The notes: a model not told the origin generated them from the letters alone. 64,000 bases of DNA from an uncultured Solirubrobacterales bacterium (GCA_963725535.1 CAVRYX010000001.1:75540-139539), one strand, 5' to 3'. Counted from the stretch's first letter, positions 26,160 through 36,993 are shown. Numbers and translations are program-made.

Positions 26160-26236
26160 CCGACGAGTGGCGGCCTGCCCCGGTGGCGCTCACCGACCCC
26201 CGAGCACAGCTTTTTGTCTGCGCATTTCTCGTTTTA

Positions 26237-26255
26237 TGAAAACACGCTGAGCGCT
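26237..26255. promoter_or_regulatory. solo copy of the family-3 terminal arm upstream of the second IclR gene
   Basis: TGAAAACACGCTGAGCGCT against TCAAAACACGTTCTGAGCGCT, the reverse complement of the left arm of repeat 3A. Confidence 0.3.
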
Positions 26256-26349
26256 CGGGTGCTGCCGTTTGCGCAACGATCGGCCGCGTGGGTCACCAGG
26301 AACGCAGCTCCGCTCGGCCGGCCGGCGTCGGGTGGGCGCCTGAGGAGAG

Positions 26350-27351
26350 GTGCGGTGGGGGAGAGCCGCGGTCGCGGCCGTGAGCGGGTTGCGTGACCGA
26401 GGCGTGGGCCGTGCGTCGCCGGGGGCGCGCGGCCCACGCGCGGGTGCGGAGGCGTCCGGGCCGTCGGCGCCGGTTTCGCGCGGCCGGCCGCCTCGCGCGA
26501 CGGCGGTTCGCAGCCCCGGCGGCGAGTGGCGCGAGCCCGTTCCCCACCTGCTCGAGTCGCGCTACTCCCAATCGCTGGAGCGCGGCCTCGCGATCCTCGA
26601 GTGCTTCACCCCGGAGCGTCCGGTGTGGGGGATCGCGGAGCTCGCCGACGAGCTGGGGATGAGCCGCTCCACCACGCACCGCTACGCGCTCACGCTGACG
26701 GAGCTCGGCCACCTCGTTCGGGCCCCGCACCGCCGCTACCGGCTGGGTTTGGGGGTCACCCGGTTGGGGCTCTCGACACTGAGCTCGACGAGCCTGCGCA
26801 CGCACGCCCAGCCGCACCTGGAGGAGTTGAGCAGGAGGGTCCCCCACACGCTCGCGATCGCGGTGCTGGACGGTCCCGAGGTCCTGTACGTGGACTGCGT
26901 TCGCGGCAGCCGCCGGGGGCGCCACCCGGTCGATCTCGGGTTGGGCGAGGGTACGCGCCTGCCGGCGCACTGCACGGCCATCGGCAAGCTGCTGTTGGCG
27001 AACCTCCCGCCGGCTGTGAAGCACGATCTGATCGCCGAACTCAAGCTGGCGCGGCGGGGACCGTGCACGATCACGAGCCGGGCCGTGCTGCGCCGAGAGC
27101 TCGCCCAGATTCTCGAGGTTGGTCTCGCCACGGGCGAGGAAGAGCTCGCGCCGGAGCTGTTGGAGATCGCGGCGCCGGTGCGCTCGCAGGCACGGGAGCT
27201 GCTTGCGGCGGTGAGCCTGGTGGCGCACCGCTCGACGATCTCCCTCGAGCACCTCGTCGAGCACCTCGGTCCCCACCTGATCTCCACCGCCGACCGCATC
27301 TCCGCGCAGGTCGGCTTTCGTCGCGAGGACGAGCGTGTGGTCGGAGGGTAG
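26350..27351 (+). CDS. IclR-family transcriptional regulator (paralog of 15589..16443)
   Basis: YSQSLERGLAILECFTPERPVWGIAELADELGMSRSTTHRYALTL...; roughly half the residues are identical to the first IclR by eye. True start probably well downstream of 26350 (the conserved core begins near 26540). Confidence 0.8.
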   Translation: MRWGRAAVAAVSGLRDRGVGRASPGARGPRAGAEASGPSAPVSRGRPPRATAVRSPGGEWREPVPHLLESRYSQSLERGLAILECFTPERPVWGIAELADELGMSRSTTHRYALTLTELGHLVRAPHRRYRLGLGVTRLGLSTLSSTSLRTHAQPHLEELSRRVPHTLAIAVLDGPEVLYVDCVRGSRRGRHPVDLGLGEGTRLPAHCTAIGKLLLANLPPAVKHDLIAELKLARRGPCTITSRAVLRRELAQILEVGLATGEEELAPELLEIAAPVRSQARELLAAVSLVAHRSTISLEHLVEHLGPHLISTADRISAQVGFRREDERVVGG

Positions 27352-27405
27352 GGGGAGGCGAGGAGGGTGGCTAGGGGCAGGATCAGAGGGAGGGGTGGGA
27401 GAGCC

Positions 27406-28518
<1,113 letters not shown>

Positions 28519-28545
28519 TCAGCAGATTAGTATACCTGGTACACA

Positions 28546-29727
28546 ATGGTCACCGGCCGGCCGTCAATCTGCCTGTGCATGATCGTCAAGGACGAGGTCG
28601 CGTCCCTGAAGCGCTGCTTGGACTCCTGCTGTGAGCTGATCGACCACTGGGTGATCTGTGACACGGGGTCCACCGACGGCACGCAGGATCTGATTCGCCA
28701 CGAGCTCGCGGGAATCCCAGGTGAGCTCCACGAGCGCCGCTGGATCGACTTCGGCCACAACCGCAGCGAGCTGATGCGACTGGCCCGCGGCAGGGGAGAG
28801 TACCTGCTGCTCCTCGACGCCGACTGGACGATCGAGGTCAGTCCCGACGCGCTGGGTTGTCTGGTGGCCGACTCCTACCTGATCCGCCACGCCGGGGAGG
28901 TCGAGTTTCACAACAAGCGGCTGGTCAACGGTCGTCTGGAGTGGCGCTACACCGGAGCCACACACGAGTACATCTCGAGCGACGCCGAGCGCACCTGCGA
29001 GCGCCTGGAGGGGGTGGTGATCCACGTGCACTCGGTTGGCGGGTCGCGCACCGGTCGCTGGCAGCGCGACGCCGAGTTGCTGGAGGCGGAGCTCGAGCGG
29101 GACCCCGCCGACGCTCGCGCAGTGTTCTACCTCGCGCAGACCTACCGTGACCTCGGCGCCGAGAGTGACGACCGAGCCCTGCTTGGACTTGCGCTCGAGC
29201 ACTACCGGCGCCGCGCGGGGTTGGGCGGCTGGGCGGAGGAGACGTACTACGCCCACTACCAGGTCGGTGTCCTCAGCGCCCGACTGGGCGACTGGTCCGG
29301 GGCCGTCGATGCCTTTCTTACAGCGTGGGAGCAGCGCCATGCCCGGCTGGAGGCGGTGCACGATCTCGCGGTCGGCCTGCGCGAGCGCGGCCTGTACCAC
29401 GCAGCACACCGCTTCACGAGCCTGGCTGCGGACCTGCGCCCGCTGACGGTGCCTGAGGACATCCTGTTCGTGGCACCCTGGATCTACGAGTGGGGGATGC
29501 TGTTCGAGTACTCGATCACCGCTTACTGGTGTGGGGAGTTCAGCGCCTCGATCCTCGCCTGCAAGCGACTGCTAGAGATCGATTCGCTGCCTGAGCCCCA
29601 CCGCCGCCAGACTCGCGCCAACCTGCAGCACGCCTTCAGAGGGGGGGTTCGCCGGGCGGCCGAGCAACCGCCTCTGCCACCGCGCAGGCTGCCGCACACC
29701 GGAACCTCAACGCACGGGCGCTCTTAG
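28546..29727 (+). CDS. family-2 glycosyltransferase with C-terminal TPR-like helical region
   Basis: ICLCMIVKDEVASLKRCLDS...IDHWVICDTGSTDGT...LLLLDADW (the DxD region of TPR-linked GT2 enzymes). AVFYLAQTYRDLG is TPR-like. Confidence 0.8.
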   Translation: MVTGRPSICLCMIVKDEVASLKRCLDSCCELIDHWVICDTGSTDGTQDLIRHELAGIPGELHERRWIDFGHNRSELMRLARGRGEYLLLLDADWTIEVSPDALGCLVADSYLIRHAGEVEFHNKRLVNGRLEWRYTGATHEYISSDAERTCERLEGVVIHVHSVGGSRTGRWQRDAELLEAELERDPADARAVFYLAQTYRDLGAESDDRALLGLALEHYRRRAGLGGWAEETYYAHYQVGVLSARLGDWSGAVDAFLTAWEQRHARLEAVHDLAVGLRERGLYHAAHRFTSLAADLRPLTVPEDILFVAPWIYEWGMLFEYSITAYWCGEFSASILACKRLLEIDSLPEPHRRQTRANLQHAFRGGVRRAAEQPPLPPRRLPHTGTSTHGRS

Positions 29728-29775
29728 GTACGACTTTCAAGACCAGCTAACCACCGAGTCAAGACCGGCTTAACC

Positions 29776-29806
29776 ACCGAGGGCCCGCACTGGGCGGGCC
29801 CTCGGT
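29776..29806. terminator. 13-bp-stem hairpin between convergent genes (candidate bidirectional terminator)
   Basis: ACCGAGGGCCCGC-actgg-GCGGGCCCTCGGT followed by TCTCACTT. Preceded by a ~20-bp direct repeat (AAGACCAGCTAACCACCGAG / AAGACCGGCTTAACCACCGAG). Confidence 0.5.
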
Positions 29807-29825
29807 TCTCACTTGGCGCGATGTC

Positions 29826-32276
29826 CTACTTCTTGCTCTTCTTGCCCTTCTTGCCACCCTTCTTCTTCTTGGCGGCTACATGCGCCTTCTTGCCCTTGAC
29901 CTTGACCTGCGCCTTGGGCGGGTCGGTGAGCGCCCCGGGGAGCGTCGTCACCAGCTTGGTCAGTGCACCAACTTCTTCTTCGTGCTTCTTGAGTTCTGCT
30001 TCGCGCCTTGCCTTTTCGGCTGCGGCTTCCGATTCGCGCCTTGCCTTTTCAGCGGCTTCTGCCGCTTCGCGCTTTTCGGTGTTGACCTTGATTTCTTCGG
30101 CGGTTGCTTTTTCTTTTTCTTCTTTCGCCTTTTCTTTTTCGTTCTGCCGCTTTTCGGCTTCTTCTTCCTTCGTGTTCTGCCGTTCTTCAGCGGCCTGTTC
30201 CTTTTCGTGCTGGGCTTTTTCGGCGGCTACTTCCTTTTCGCCCTGAGCCTTTTCAGCGGCTTTCTTTTCTGCGGCCGCTTTTTCTTCAGCGGCTTTCTTT
30301 TCTTCTGCTGCTTTTTCTTCGGCCGCTTTCTTTTCTTCTGCTGCTTTTTCTTCAGCGGCTTTCTTTTCTTTCGCCCCGATGTTCGTCGAGAAGTCGACGA
30401 GGTGGTCGCGGACGATCTCCTCGCCTTCATACCTGGCGGTCAGATCGACCGATGAGGTCGTGCTGTTGACCAAGTCGATCGCGGCCAGGCCCAGGTCGTT
30501 GGTCGTCACACAGAGGTGATCGGAGCCTTCGTCTGAGGGATCCCTCACATAGCTGCCGCCCAGGTAGACCACGCTCCCCTTGCCCAGCAAGTCACTGGGA
30601 TCTTCCAGCTCATCTTCGTTTGTGGGGTTGGTGAACTGGTAGAGCCCGGTTTCCTGCTGTGCGTGGAAGCACACGGTCTCACCGACGATCGGCCGTCCGT
30701 CGATGTCCTGCGCCTTGGCGACGACGATCCGAACGTTCTGTTCTTCTTTGCCGTTGCCCTTGGGGAACTCAAAGAATTCCTTTTCCCACAGCGACCTGAC
30801 TTTCTTGGTCAGCGATCCTTCCGAGTTCTGCGAGCTGTAATCGACCGACTGGTACGGATACACAGCAGTGGCAGAGATCGACGATTCGCCGATGACTTCT
30901 TTGTACAGGCCTTTCAGATCGCAGCCACCGTCGGCGTTCTTGACGATCTTGCCCGCTTCGCTTTCGCCTTCGGCTCCACCGAAGACCGGGATGTGGTTGA
31001 AGTAGAACCCGTCGCCCGGCGTGTACTTCACGAGCACTTCGCCCCGCTCATCCGTGTAGAACGTTTCATTCAACGAACCACTCGGAGTCTGGTAGTAGCT
31101 GGGGCCCTCGCCTTCGGTGCGCTGCAGGCATCCCGTCGATCCCGCGACGCGTTCTCCGCTGCTGTGAACCGAAGTCCAGAACGTATACGGTTCGGGGTGT
31201 TTGTTCAGGAACGCCGGGAAGTCCCCGCCGGGGCTCGGTCCGTCGATCCCAGACGCCTGGGGAACGGGACGATCGGTGGCGGGGATGTACGCGCCGTAGT
31301 AGGGGTTGGCCGAGTAGATTTCAGCCTTGTCCGCGCCTGAGATCTGACCCACGCCGCCAAGGCCGCCTTCGTTCGGCGCGAGATGCACGTCGATGCGAAT
31401 CGCGGGCATCGGGGCGTCGTCAGCGTTGAGAATGCCATTGCTGATGAGCGTTTCGGGGGCCTCCGGATCGTACGGTCCGAATACGCTTGTGTTCAGGCTG
31501 TCTTCCGGGCTTCCGTGGATGTCCCACAGGTCCGGGTTGGTGCCCTCCGGTTCCAGTTCTTCGGAGCTGGTCGCCAGCGTATCGGCCAGGGTCGGCCAGC
31601 TTGCAGGCAGCGTGTAGCTCGTTTCGGGGAGGAGGTTGTGCAGCGCTGAGCCCGGTTCGACCGGGAAGCTGCCCGTCACCTTGACCTGAACGAGACCCTT
31701 GTCCGCGTTGGTTTCTGGTTCCGAGAACGGCGACGGCACGAATTCACCGTTGCCCGAGGGGTCGCCCCCGTAGGGGAGCTCGGCCAGCGACGGCTTGTTG
31801 ACCGTCAGCCAGATCACGAGGAACTGATGCGAGAACACGATCTTGCCTTCTGCGTTCGTGACGACCGCCCTGATCCGGGCGAGGCCTGGATTCAGCGACT
31901 TGTAGTCGATCTTCACGCACCCGGCTTTGATCGATTCCTGGGGGCTGCCTTCGCTCGGAGCGAAGAACGCAGAGGACCCGGCATCAGGGGCTGGGAGCTC
32001 GGCCGCTTCCGGCCGGCCGGACCAGTCCTCGAGCTGGAAGTTGACGAGCTGGCCGCTTTCTTCGCTGGTTGCGATGGCCGGGTCGCACGCCACGAGGCGC
32101 ACGTGCTCGCCCACCCACGCCACATACGGGACGTTGGCGCTCTGCGGGCCGTCACCTGCCGGCCCCGGATTGGGAGCGGCAACGGCGCCTGCCGTGAGCG
32201 AGCCCAGGGCCAGCACCGCCGCTCCTGCCGCGGAAGCGAGTCCCGCGATCATTTTCCTTTTGCTTTGTGGTCGCAT
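29826..32276 (-). CDS. large secreted protein of unknown function with Glu/Lys/Ala helical stalk and polybasic C-terminus
   Basis: 816 aa. Signal peptide MIAGLASAAGAAVLALGSLTAGAVA, ~620-aa globular region with no family recognised, ~150 aa of KAAEEK-type repeats, ending KKKKGGKKGKKSKK. AGGAGGAGG upstream. Lower GC than the flanks. Confidence 0.8.
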   Translation of the reverse strand: MRPQSKRKMIAGLASAAGAAVLALGSLTAGAVAAPNPGPAGDGPQSANVPYVAWVGEHVRLVACDPAIATSEESGQLVNFQLEDWSGRPEAAELPAPDAGSSAFFAPSEGSPQESIKAGCVKIDYKSLNPGLARIRAVVTNAEGKIVFSHQFLVIWLTVNKPSLAELPYGGDPSGNGEFVPSPFSEPETNADKGLVQVKVTGSFPVEPGSALHNLLPETSYTLPASWPTLADTLATSSEELEPEGTNPDLWDIHGSPEDSLNTSVFGPYDPEAPETLISNGILNADDAPMPAIRIDVHLAPNEGGLGGVGQISGADKAEIYSANPYYGAYIPATDRPVPQASGIDGPSPGGDFPAFLNKHPEPYTFWTSVHSSGERVAGSTGCLQRTEGEGPSYYQTPSGSLNETFYTDERGEVLVKYTPGDGFYFNHIPVFGGAEGESEAGKIVKNADGGCDLKGLYKEVIGESSISATAVYPYQSVDYSSQNSEGSLTKKVRSLWEKEFFEFPKGNGKEEQNVRIVVAKAQDIDGRPIVGETVCFHAQQETGLYQFTNPTNEDELEDPSDLLGKGSVVYLGGSYVRDPSDEGSDHLCVTTNDLGLAAIDLVNSTTSSVDLTARYEGEEIVRDHLVDFSTNIGAKEKKAAEEKAAEEKKAAEEKAAEEKKAAEEKAAAEKKAAEKAQGEKEVAAEKAQHEKEQAAEERQNTKEEEAEKRQNEKEKAKEEKEKATAEEIKVNTEKREAAEAAEKARRESEAAAEKARREAELKKHEEEVGALTKLVTTLPGALTDPPKAQVKVKGKKAHVAAKKKKGGKKGKKSKK

Positions 32277-32313
32277 TTGTGTGCGGCCTCCTCCTTGAAT
32301 GAGAGTGGACTGA

Positions 32314-32352
32314 GTGCCTTCCGATTGGCAGGACGGTGCCTTCCAATCGACA
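32314..32352. promoter_or_regulatory. 17-bp direct repeat pair upstream of the 816-aa protein gene
   Basis: GTGCCTTCCGATTGGCA and GTGCCTTCCAATCGACA, 5 bp apart, 38-76 bp upstream of ATG 32276. Candidate binding sites for the adjacent LuxR-type regulators. Confidence 0.3.
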
Positions 32353-32546
32353 CGACAGGCGCATGACAGACCGCTACCGGCCTATCAGCGGGCCGGATAC
32401 TATGGGCACCGCAAGTTCTCCACAATCATCAGGTGGGATAGTCTTTTACCCCCTGTCAAATGGGTAGGTAGTCCCCACCCCAAGCGACACACCGGGTGAG
32501 AATCATTACTGCTGGAGCTAAAAACTCCGTGGCAGGGAGGTGGTGA

Positions 32547-33242
32547 TCAGCGTGTGTGGAGCTGACCTGACGGAGTTGCCGGCTCGTCGCTGCCGGACAT
32601 ATTCGAGCTTTCAGCGCTGTCTTCCTGCTGGCGACTGACGGCCTGCATCGCCTGTACGCGGTTGCGCACGCCCAGCTTGGAGTAGATCGTGCGCAGATGG
32701 AACTTGACCGTGTTGGAGGAGATTGTCAGCTGCGCGGCGATCTCCTTGTTGCTCATCCCGTGGGTCAGCAGCTCGAGCACCTCGCGCTCGCGCGCGCTCA
32801 ACACGGCAAGCGGGGCGTCCGGCTGCAGCGATGCCGCCTGCCAGCCGACGGGCATCACCGCGCGGCCCTCGAGCACGTGGCGCAGGGCGAAGGTCATCTC
32901 CTCGACCGTGTCGGAGGTGAGCACGACGCCCTCCGCCTGCTCGTCGATCGCGCAGCGCACCACAGCCGGCGTGGCGACCTCGCAGAGCAGCAGGATCTTC
33001 AGCTCTGGATGCGCGCGCTTGATCTCGGCCACCGCCTCCGGACCGGCCTCGGGATCGTCGGTGTAGACGATCGCTGCCTGCAGGTTCAGCTCGTCTGCGC
33101 GCGATCCCGTCTCCAGCTCGCGGCAGCTCGAGTAGGCGCCCACCACGCGGTTGCCGCTTTTCGTGAGCATCCATGCGAGCGCCTCGGTGGCGAGCGCTCC
33201 AGCTCCACCGACGATCGCAATCCTGGGCTCAAGTGCCGCCAC
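32547..33242 (-). CDS. LuxR/NarL-family regulator with atypical receiver domain
   Basis: C-terminal HTH LSAREREVLELLTHGMSNKEIAAQLTISSNTVKFHLRTIYSKLGV. In the receiver-like N-terminus the acidic DD pair is replaced (IAIVGGAG). Confidence 0.8.
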   Translation of the reverse strand: MAALEPRIAIVGGAGALATEALAWMLTKSGNRVVGAYSSCRELETGSRADELNLQAAIVYTDDPEAGPEAVAEIKRAHPELKILLLCEVATPAVVRCAIDEQAEGVVLTSDTVEEMTFALRHVLEGRAVMPVGWQAASLQPDAPLAVLSAREREVLELLTHGMSNKEIAAQLTISSNTVKFHLRTIYSKLGVRNRVQAMQAVSRQQEDSAESSNMSGSDEPATPSGQLHTR

Positions 33243-33999
33243 TGGTCATCTGCGCATACTGGTTGGCGGCCTCGACGCGATTGCGCACCCCCATCCGTGC
33301 GTACATGGCGCGGACGTGGAACTTGATCGTGTTTGGGCTGAGGTTGAGATCCCTGGCGATCTCATCGTTGCGCCGCCCTTGTGCGATCAGCGCGAGTATC
33401 TGCCGATGACGCGGGCTCAACCCTCCCTGCGTTCCTGGGTGCGCGGCGACCACCCGCTGCCAGCCGGCTGGCATGACGGTACGTCCGGTGGCCGTGTATC
33501 TGATCGCGGCCCGTATGTCCTCAGTCGAGTAGCTCTTGAGGAGCACCCCGCTCACCCGGTGGTCGATCGCGCAGCGCACCACCTCTTCGCAGAGCCCCCG
33601 GCAGAGCATCACGATTCTGGTCTTCACGTGCGATGAGCGCAGCGCGCCGACTGCACTCTGGCAATCGCCGGGCTCGCCTCCATCACAGTCGAGCAGGAGC
33701 ACCGCCGGTAGGCTCTTCACGTCGGCGGACTGGAAGTGCGCGGCGGACTCGAACGTCCCCAGCACATTGAGCCCGTCCTGCGCCGTCAGCAGGCTCGCGG
33801 TGGCTTCCCGCAGTAGACGCTGCCCGCCGATCAGCGCGAGCGTGATAGTCGGGTTGGGGCGGAGGAGGGGGGAGGAGGGCGACCAGCCGCCCCACTCGGC
33901 CGGTCCGCTCGCTACGCTGGCGGCGCCTGGCGGCGCGTAGACAAGGGCGCCTAAACCCTTGTCTGTGTCACGGCGCGACTCGTTGGTCTCCGACGGCAT
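33229..33999 (-). CDS. LuxR/NarL-family regulator with atypical receiver domain (tandem paralog)
   Basis: HTH LSPRHRQILALIAQGRRNDEIARDLNLSPNTIKFHVRAMYARMGV. The receiver reads LALIGGQR instead of DD. 14-nt overlap with the downstream paralog. Confidence 0.75.
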   Translation of the reverse strand: MPSETNESRRDTDKGLGALVYAPPGAASVASGPAEWGGWSPSSPLLRPNPTITLALIGGQRLLREATASLLTAQDGLNVLGTFESAAHFQSADVKSLPAVLLLDCDGGEPGDCQSAVGALRSSHVKTRIVMLCRGLCEEVVRCAIDHRVSGVLLKSYSTEDIRAAIRYTATGRTVMPAGWQRVVAAHPGTQGGLSPRHRQILALIAQGRRNDEIARDLNLSPNTIKFHVRAMYARMGVRNRVEAANQYAQMTSGGT

Positions 34000-34221
34000 T
34001 TATTCACCATTTCTGTGCGCTATGCGCTGGTCACTGCTTGGCATGCAGGGCTGCCACCTGCCCGGAGCGGCGCGCATGGGGGCTGGGGGACATGGGCCAT
34101 CGGCCTCTAGCGCAGGTCTGGACAGTTGTGTCAGTCGGAACCATACCAGGGATCGTCGGTTCGCGGTGTAAGGCGTGTTTACGCCAACCTGGTTGAGTAG
34201 TTCTGTCTGCTCGGAGAGCCT

Positions 34222-34986
34222 TTAGTGTCGCTCGGTGTCGAACATCGCCAGCGCGTGGGCGCCGGCGGGATGGGCGCGCAGCTCGCGCACGACCCCAGCG
34301 GCGTAGGCGGGCAGCTCGTCGGGCCGCGGCAGCGTGACCCCGTAGCCGGAGGGCATCAGCATGGGCGCGGCCAGCGCCGAGAACGTCAGGTCGGCGGCTG
34401 TGAACGCCTCGCCGCAGATGTAGGGCCGACCGTCGGCCAAGCGCTTGCCGACCGCCTCGAACGTGTCTCGCACCTCGGCCTCGGCTGCAACCGCCGTGGC
34501 AGGCGTGACCTCGAGGACACGCGCGAGGAGCGCCCGCATCGCGGGGTAGCCGACGCGCAGGCTCGCCCGCTCCCAGGCCGGGACGCCGGCGCAGCCGTAG
34601 GAGAGCGCGAGGTCGCGGCGCTCACGCAACTGCTGGTACATCCAGCACCGCGAACTGGGGCCCAGGCGTGCATTGAAGTCGGCCTCGCACAGCCGAACCT
34701 CCGCAGCGCGATCAGGGTCCACTGGGTACAGCTTGCGGCCCGGCGGGGTCTGCCTGTCGGCCCACGCGAGGATGTCTCCGGAATCGGCCAACACGCCGTC
34801 AGGGCCCACGAACACGGGTGCGGTGAGGCCACCGCCGGCGCGCAGCGTCGCGGCACGATGGAACGCCTGGACATGAGCGCGCTCCCGATACGCCACGCCG
34901 GCGCGCTCGAGCGCCCACCTCGCCTTCTCACAGTAGTGGCTGATCGGGATCGTGACGAGCGTGTTCGTGGTCTTCTGCGTGGGCAT
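34222..34986 (-). CDS. glutathione S-transferase family protein
   Basis: N-terminal thioredoxin-like LVTIPISHYCEKARWALERAGVAY...P.F plus a helical C-domain. Confidence 0.75.
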   Translation of the reverse strand: MPTQKTTNTLVTIPISHYCEKARWALERAGVAYRERAHVQAFHRAATLRAGGGLTAPVFVGPDGVLADSGDILAWADRQTPPGRKLYPVDPDRAAEVRLCEADFNARLGPSSRCWMYQQLRERRDLALSYGCAGVPAWERASLRVGYPAMRALLARVLEVTPATAVAAEAEVRDTFEAVGKRLADGRPYICGEAFTAADLTFSALAAPMLMPSGYGVTLPRPDELPAYAAGVVRELRAHPAGAHALAMFDTERH

Positions 34987-35111
34987 GGCTCCCGCTCCAG
35001 GTTACGTCATCGCAGCAGACACAATCGGGCAAAACCGAGGAGTTCACAGGAGCCCGTGCGGCGCCTCGCCGATAAGATCGTCGTCTCCCCGTCCGTTTCA
35101 GGCGGGGCCAC

Positions 35112-35474
35112 TCACCGGTCTTGAAGCAGCCCGAGAACGTTGCCGTCGGGGTCGGTGAAGGTAGCCACGGTGCGGCCTGGACCGACCTCGTGCGCGGGCT
35201 CCTTCACGGTGGCGCCCGCGGCTGTCACCTCGGCGAGCTTTGCCTCGATGTCCGGCACTTGCCAGTAGGCCACCGGTGAGCTCATGCCCTGCGGTCCGCC
35301 GCCCGGCACCAGCCCGATGTGCTGGCCCTCGGCGTCGAAGCCGACGTAGTAGGACGAGTCGTGCTGCGGGGGCATGCCGAGCAGGGCTGTGTACACCGCC
35401 TTGGACGTCGCCAGGTCGGAGACGGGATGCAGCACGGTCTTGATTCCCTGGGTGGAAGAGCCGGTCATGGTCAC
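35112..35474 (-). CDS. VOC/glyoxalase-family protein
   Basis: 120 aa; ends FTDPDGNVLGLLQ, typical of the VOC fold. Confidence 0.8.
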   Translation of the reverse strand: MTMTGSSTQGIKTVLHPVSDLATSKAVYTALLGMPPQHDSSYYVGFDAEGQHIGLVPGGGPQGMSSPVAYWQVPDIEAKLAEVTAAGATVKEPAHEVGPGRTVATFTDPDGNVLGLLQDR

Positions 35475-35574
35475 TCCTGAGGTCGTGGGTCACATCGACC
35501 CGATGGCTGGCTATGGATGCCCAGCAGCGTAGCCGGGCTCGGTGGATGTGGCCTCACGAGCAGAGCCCATGTCG

Positions 35575-35886
35575 TTATGTCCTGGTCTGGGCTGCGGCCA
35601 CGGCGGCCTGAACGGTCGGGTAGAAGTGGGTGATCGCGGGGCTGTCGATGACGCTGCGGAGGATGTCACGGACCTGCCCGATGTCGCGTGCGAGGAGCAA
35701 CTGCACGTCGCGCTGGGCCAGGTCTTCTGCGAGCGTGGCGAGCATCCGAGCGGCGGTTACGTTGACGAAGGGGATCGTCTCGGCGTCGAGGATGACGGCG
35801 GTGATGCCCTCGGCCTCGGCGGCGTGCACGACCCGGGTCCGCACGGCGTCGGCGTTGGCGAAGTACAGGCTGCTCTCGATCCGCAG
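35575..35886 (-). pseudogene. remnant: C-terminal STAS domain of a SulP-type anion transporter
   Basis: Translation LRIESSLYFANADAVRTRVVHAAEAEGITAVILDAETIPFVNVTAARMLATL... is a STAS domain. All transmembrane parts are missing and homology stops abruptly near 35886. Confidence 0.6.
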
Positions 35887-35888
35887 AC

Positions 35889-36698
35889 GCCCTCACCGCC
35901 GCCGGGGCGGAGGTGCAGCGCGGCACTCTCGACGACCTCGACGTTCTGCGAGATGCGGCTGACGCCTCAGATGGAGTGATCCACCTCGCGTTCAAGCACG
36001 AGCTCGCGTTCTCGGGTGACTTCCAGGCGGCCGCCGACGCTGATCGCCGCGCCGTCGAGACGTTCGGCGAGGCGCTCGCGGGCTCCGACCGACCGCTCCT
36101 GATCGCCTCGGGGATCCTCGGGCTGGCCCCGGGGCACGTGGTGACCGAGCAGGACGGTCATGGTTCCCACGCGGCCATCTCGGCCTTTGGCGGTGGTCCC
36201 CAGACTCGGTGGGAGACCGCGGAGCTCACGCTGTCCCTCGCCTCCCGCAGCGTCCGCTCGTCGATCATGCGACTCCCTCCGACGAATCACGGCGACGGAG
36301 ACAATGGCTTCATCGCGACCCTCGTCGGCATCGCCCGCGAGAAGGGGGTCTCCGGGTACATCGGCGACGGCACCAACCGCTGGCCCGCCGTGCACCGGCT
36401 CGACTCGGCGCACCTGTTCCGTCTCGGGCTGGAAGAGGCACCAGCAGGGACGACGCTGCACGCAGTCGCCGACGAGGGCGTGCCGGTCAGGGAGATCGCC
36501 GAGGTCATCGGGCGGCATCTGGACGTCCCGGTCGTCTCCGTGTCTACCGAGGACGCGGAGGAGCACTTCACTTGGCTGGGGGGGTTCCTTGGGCTCGATG
36601 CTCCAGCTTCCGGCGCGTGGTCGCGGAAGCTACTGGGGTGGGAGCCGACCCACCCCGGGCTCATCGCAGACCTCGACCAAGGGCATTATTTTCATTAG
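35889..36698 (+). pseudogene. N-terminally truncated NAD-dependent epimerase/SDR-family gene
   Basis: Homology starts at ALTAAGAEVQRGTLDDLDVLR... The Rossmann GxxGxxG segment (about 50-70 aa expected) is absent. The gene abuts the STAS remnant head-to-head. Confidence 0.55.
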
Positions 36699-36747
36699 GC
36701 GCGGGCGAGGCTCTGCATCTTTATGCGGTAGCGCTACACTAATATGC

Positions 36748-36993
36748 GTGCGCACGACCATTCAGCTCGATGACGAAGTGTTCCGTGCTTTCAAGCAGCG
36801 CGCCGCGGAGCGCGGAACGTCGCTGGCCCACGAGATTGAGGAGGCGTTGCGCTCGGAACTGGCCGCATGTGTCGAGGCGGCAAAGTCTGAGCTCTACCGA
36901 GTCCCGACCTTTCGTGGTAAGGCACCAGTGCCCGGCGTTGACCTGAACAGCAATGCGGCGCTGGCCGACATCCTCGAGAACGCCGGCGGGTGA
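36748..36993 (+). CDS. vapB: type II antitoxin, VapB-like
   Basis: GTG start; VRTTIQLDDEVFRAFKQRAAERGTSLAHEIEEAL; stop overlaps the vapC start (GTGA). Confidence 0.75.
   Translation: MRTTIQLDDEVFRAFKQRAAERGTSLAHEIEEALRSELAACVEAAKSELYRVPTFRGKAPVPGVDLNSNAALADILENAGG

Noticed and set aside
29821-30469. Plus-strand Phe/Leu/Ser-rich ORFs (141, 191 and 121 aa)
   Set aside because: They are mirror images of the Lys/Glu/Ala repeat coding region on the minus strand, with no independent support.
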